Shown here: one piece after another, positions 58,730 to 64,000 of the stretch
How the letters are laid out: each line of letters opens with the position of its first letter
Position numbering within the stretch: position 1 is the stretch's first letter
From: Octopus vulgaris
Lineage: Eukaryota
Length of the DNA: 64,000 bases
Direction of reading: 5' to 3'
Assembly (NCBI GenBank): GCA_951406725.2
Contig: OX597830.1
Span: forward strand, 26,288,001-26,352,000
The notes under the pieces: model-generated
What the model saw: only the letters and a program-made list of their open reading frames with translations
Told to the model about the DNA's origin: nothing
Database searches by the model: none
Program-made: the position numbers and the translations under genes

Positions 58730-59107
58730 TACCCGCTTAGGTTGAAGGCGAGTTAACAAGCCAGTCGAGCGATTTATATGTTCATGGCTTGTAAAATCAT
58801 GAGCTGGTATGCCCGGAAATTGCATACGTAAGAGAAAATTTACATATGAAGGAAAAGCAGCTGTAGTATAATAAATATTATATGCATATACATTAGTATA
58901 TGTATTTATCAATATATATACATATAGATATAAAACACGCGTAAGCATTGTGAGACTGATAACCTGGTGTAGAACTCAATATAAGTATGTTTCAGGACAA
59001 AGCATTAATCGAGTACAGAGTGGTAATAAGAAAATGAAATGACAAAGAAATAAACGATTATCTTATGAACTTCATTAGTTTAAGCATCTCTAGTGGCATT
59101 ATATATT

Positions 59108-59163
<56 letters not shown>

Positions 59164-59199
59164 TCATGTATATGTATGTATGTGTATATGTGTGTGTGT

Positions 59200-59483
59200 A
59201 TGTGTGCCTGACTGGCATCCGTGTCGGTGACACGTAAAAAGCACCAACCGATCGTGGCTGTTTGCCAGCCTCCTCTGGCCCCTGTGCCGGTGGCATGTAA
59301 AAAGCACCCACTACACTCACGAGTGGTTGGCGTTAGGAAGGGCATCAAGCTATAGAAACACTGCCAGATCAGACTGGAGCCTTGCGCAGCCTCCTGGTTC
59401 CTCAGACCCCGGTCGAACCGTCCAGCCCATGCTGGCATGGAAAACGGACGCTAAACGATGATGATGACGATGATGATGATGAT
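59200..59483 (+). mobile_element. SINE 3' half with (GAT)n tail
   Basis: Duplicated gtaaaaagcacc motif, gttggcgttaggaagggcatc, and a ggacgctaaacgatgatgat tail. Confidence 0.55.
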
Positions 59484-59757
59484 ATGTCAGTACATTCTAT
59501 CGTACCTGCGTGCCTCACCATGACTACAGCCACCAGTCATCCAACCTAGACCTTCCACTAATATCCTCGTGTCCGGCAATGTGTTTGACTAGAGCATGCA
59601 CCAACGCACCCACGTTCATAAACGCACGCCCCAACAAGCCGGTCCCTTATCAAATAGACTGTCTTCCACCCACCCTCTATATACACTCTCTCTCTCTACA
59701 CACACACTGGTAAGATCAGCCGTGATAGATATGTAACACTGTACATTTCAGATAATA

Positions 59758-59810
<53 letters not shown>

Positions 59811-59811
59811 C

Positions 59812-59861
<50 letters not shown>

Positions 59862-59869
59862 CGTAATAT

Positions 59870-60084
59870 CAGTAGTCCCCACCCAGCGGATCGCGAACCA
59901 GTACCGGGCCGCCCTGAAAAAATACATTTTAAAATCATGTTTTATCTTAACTGTCGCACTCTGCTGGGTGTTTATTTTATTTAGCATTATATATGTATTA
60001 TGTAAGTGATAATTAATTATGTATTATGCCCGTCATTGTTCTTTTGCGTCATCTGATCCGTGGAAAAATTGTCTTGGACAGCTG
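59870..60084. mobile_element. hAT/Charlie (MER1-like) MITE relic ending 24 nt before exon 7
   Basis: cagtagtcccca...gaaccagtaccgggccgc and tccgtggaaaaattgtctt..ggacagctg resemble Charlie-type subterminal motifs as I recall them. Confidence 0.5.
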
Positions 60085-60108
60085 CTTTAAATAATGACCC
60101 TTTTTCAG

Positions 60109-60304
60109 ATCACTGATGACTGGAATGGATAGCTGGGACCGATCTATCCCATCATACAGGGATCAGTTTGGTGTTACCAACTTTCCTCATTTGTCCTTCT
60201 GCACAGTTATGAATGTCGATGTTAACTGTGATGGCAGCTGTATGAAGAATTTTGTCGAAGAAAATCTGAAGAATGTTACCATTGGAAAATCTCCCACATG
60301 GATG
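60109..60304 (+). CDS. SLC3-like gene, coding exon 7 (196 nt)
   Basis: tttttcAG|A ... TGGATG|GTaacg, phase 2 to 0. Encodes SLMTGMDSW..FPHLSF..SPTWM. Confidence 0.88.
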
Positions 60305-60320
60305 GTAACGTCACTTTTTA

Positions 60321-61100
<780 letters not shown>

Positions 61101-61186
61101 ATCTATCTACCTATCTAGCTAGCTAGCTAGCTAGCTAGCTAGTTATGATAGTCAATCAGTGTCTGTCTGTCTATCTATTTATCTAT

Positions 61187-61266
<80 letters not shown>

Positions 61267-61449
61267 GTCACAACCTGTTTGTCGGTCAGTCTATCTGTGT
61301 GTCTGCTTGTCTATGTGTCTGTCTCTGTCTATCCTTCTATTTATTTACCTACCTGTCCATCTCCCTTCCTCCCTTCTTCCTACCTACCTACCTCCCTACC
61401 TACCAACAAACTTACATACCTATCTAACACTTTGACTAACTGTCGGTCC

Positions 61450-61514
<65 letters not shown>

Positions 61515-61542
61515 GCTGTCTAATCGTATATTATCTTTACAG

Positions 61543-61821
61543 CTCGGCAGTGACACAATCAGCCGCTTCTCTACGAGATTAGGAAACTACACGAAACGGA
61601 GTGAAGTATTGACGATGATTGCATTGTTATTGCCTGGTTCTACAGTTCTCTACTACGGTGATGAATTAATGATGCCCGATATTGGTCAAGCAGATGAATC
61701 TTCAGTATCAATCTCACAACCTTGGCGCACACCAATGAAGTGGGACAACTCTTCCTCCAGCTATGGCTTCTCAAATGCCACATGCAGTTCTGTCTCGAGT
61801 AACGATGCAATGCAAGTGACG
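61543..61821 (+). CDS. SLC3-like gene, coding exon 8 (279 nt); gene probably continues beyond the window
   Basis: ctttacAG|CTC ... ACG|GTaaga. Encodes [43 protein letters not shown] (GH13 LPGxxxxYYGDE and RTPMQW motifs). Confidence 0.9.
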
Positions 61822-61990
61822 GTAAGAACGTAACAGAATTTTCTTTCCTCCGCTTAGTATTTTCTCGCATACACAATCCAACGAGCGGGACATGCATACA
61901 CGCTTGCACACGCACACACGCGCACATGCGGACAGGCTATAGTTCCCAGTGTGCGTGTGTGTATGTGAGTATATCTATCTATCTATCTAA

Positions 61991-62219
61991 AAGACGGCGA
62001 GCTGGCAGAAACGTTAGCACGCCGGGCGAAATGCTTAGCGGTATTTCGGTTGTCGTTACGTTCTGAGTTCAAATTCCGCCGAGGTCGACTTTGCCTTTCA
62101 TCCTTTCGGGGTCGATAAATAAATACCAGTTTCGCATTATGGTCGATGTAATCGACTTAATCCCTTTGTCTGTCCTTGTTTGTCCCCTCTATGTTTAGCC
62201 CCTTGTGGGCAGTAAAGAA

Positions 62220-62220
<1 letters not shown>
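61991..62220 (+). mobile_element. tRNA-derived SINE, family B (Nin/Deu-like core)
   Basis: ggcgagctggcagaaacgttagcacg..gagttcaaattcc..gcctttcatcctttcggggtcgataaa. Other copies at about 11748, 21775(-), 35361-35587(-), 40982, 44612, 44820, 45280, 45425, 46573-46970, 49550-49950, 50619. Confidence 0.85.
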
Positions 62221-62263
<43 letters not shown>

Positions 62264-63504
62264 GACACGCGCTGAGACTGCGGCATCTCTGGCTCTATGT
62301 AGACGACGGTGAACAGGTGTGGTCGCCGTTTGTGAGGCACGCTTTCCCGCAGCTCGTCTCCATGACCGAACTGCAGTCGTGGATCAAAAGAGGCCGAGGA
62401 AGGGCGAATGGCACCGCGAGTGTCGCGTTGCTCTCAAGCAACTCTGCCGTCCTGGGTCGACCTTAAGTGACTTCAACACAACCAAAGCATTCTATAGGGG
62501 TTTAGTGGAGGGGAGGTACGACGACGAGCTCGGGGCGAACCTGGACGTCGACGAGGAGTACCTGACCCGCCTGTTCAGGACGACTTTCGGGCCAGGGCCC
62601 ATGGACAACTTCCAGAGATCCCTGGCCTGGCAGTGCTACCGAGAAGCGCTACCCGTTCGGGATAAGCTCTACAGACACGGCTCGAGAAACACGGGGCCGA
62701 CCTGCCCGAGATGCGGTCAGAGCGACGAAACCGTTCTGCACGCACTCGTTCAGTGTCCAACAATTTCCGACCTGTGGGCTTATGTCGAACAACTGCTGTC
62801 ACGTGTGGGACGAGTCGGTTTATCAGCTGAGTCTATCGTCAATATTGTCACGCCTCCTTCCTTCAAACGGGAAGGAAGAGCTATTTTCATCATCCTTGTG
62901 GCTATGGCGAAAGAATGTATCTGGTGGACGCGTCTGAAAGGATTGGAGACAAACACTTTCCTCTCTGGTCAATCTCTCATCAACTTCTTCAAGTACCACT
63001 TGAAAAGGAAAGTGAGAGTAGAGAGGCAAGTTTTGTCTAGCGAATGCTTTAAAAAAAGATGGGTGAATGTAGCAAGAATGGCACGTATGAATGACGAAGC
63101 CACCTTGAGCATAGTCCTATGAACCCAGAAATCGAAAACAGAGAGTTGCTTATTTGCAAAAAAAAAAAAAAAAAAGAAATATAAAATGTGACATCATTGA
63201 CCGAGGTTACCGTGGTCTTTTCCGTAGGCTTTTCTTTGCACGGGTAAACCTCACCTGTCCTCCCCTTTTCACTTCATATTGACATTTCTGTGATAACGAT
63301 CCCTATTGATCAATTTTTTTCCTCCCCCTTTTTTTAAACCCCCTTTTTTTTGTCCTCTTTCTCTCCTTTTACGATCCCTTTTGATCGAAACTCCCCTTCC
63401 TTTTTTTTTTTTTTTTTTTTTTTTTTCTTAAACCTTCAAAAGAAAAGCTCTACCTTGTAATTTGTTCTATCTGTGTGCAGCCCTGTGTGGCTAATAAAGA
63501 AACA
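62264..63504 (+). mobile_element. 5'-truncated Tx1/L1-clade retrotransposon inserted in (TCTA)n
   Basis: ORF 62319-63122 has a zf-RVT-like LPVRDKL..CPRCGQSDETVLHALVQC. Pyrimidine-rich 3' UTR, AATAAA at 63493, TCTA repeats on both sides. Confidence 0.85.
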
Positions 63505-63555
63505 TATCTATCTATCTATCTATTTATCAAAGTAACAAGAATGTTCAGGCATCAA

Positions 63556-63642
63556 TACATTACGGCCGTTTCGAGCGGCTCCATTTAATCTATCAATGAA
63601 AACATTACATCAATTTGAAAGAAATCGCTTTCCTCAGATGTA
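63556..63642 (-). ncRNA. Type I hammerhead motif, canonical core
   Basis: Minus strand reads TACAT|CTGAGGA|aagcg...cgctc|GAAA|cggcc GTA|ATGTA, with palindrome ACGGCCGT. Confidence 0.68.
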
Positions 63643-64000
63643 GATGACCATATAGATTTCCAACATAAAGGATATACCATTTTAAATAAATTTTTATCAA
63701 TACTAACCAAAATAATTACATTGTTTCCTTATGTTATATTTGTGACCCAATGAGTTTAAGGGGGAAAAAACCCTGTCTTATCAAGCCTATTATAATTTAG
63801 AGAGTAGCAGAGGAAAACAGTGGGTGTCAAGATATAGGCGTGGTGAGATAATTATTTATATTTAGAATGTTTTACACAGCATGTAGTCTACAACTATTTA
63901 GAATTAAATCCATTGGGAGTTGACAACTATGTACTAGTTGATGTTAATAAATCAATTACTGTCAGACAATCTCAAAGACCCTTATTTTACTGGAACCATA

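Noticed and set aside
61822-61833. Gene ending at TAA 61831-61833
   Set aside because: A strong ACG|GTAAGA donor precedes it, and the C-terminal part of the GH13 fold is still missing.

Overview
This is AT-rich, microsatellite-dense eukaryotic genomic DNA. The SINE content suggests an octopus or another coleoid cephalopod, which is an inference from pattern recognition. One protein-coding gene can be supported: a + strand SLC3 heavy-chain gene (rBAT/4F2hc family; type II transmembrane protein with a GH13 alpha-glucosidase-like ectodomain). It has 8 coding exons between 27552 and 61821 that splice GT-AG in frame into 509 codons, and its last exon(s) lie outside the window. All three GH13 catalytic carboxylates appear to be lost. 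The rest of the window is repeats: tRNA-derived SINE families, a CR1/L2-type LINE end, R4/Dong-like retroelements in (TAA)n, Tx1-like elements in (TCTA)n, mariner/Tc1 and hAT relics, and many Penelope-like fragments with inverted ends. The main unexplained signal is about 20 type I hammerhead-ribozyme-like motifs, several with a compensatory U3-A8 core in place of C3-G8. The clearest case is a near-identical 362-bp tandem-plus-inverted, retrozyme-like array (29209-30635) in the first coding intron, in the same orientation as the gene. Most ORFs in the supplied track are microsatellite artefacts. All structures were read by eye and no folding or database search was run.
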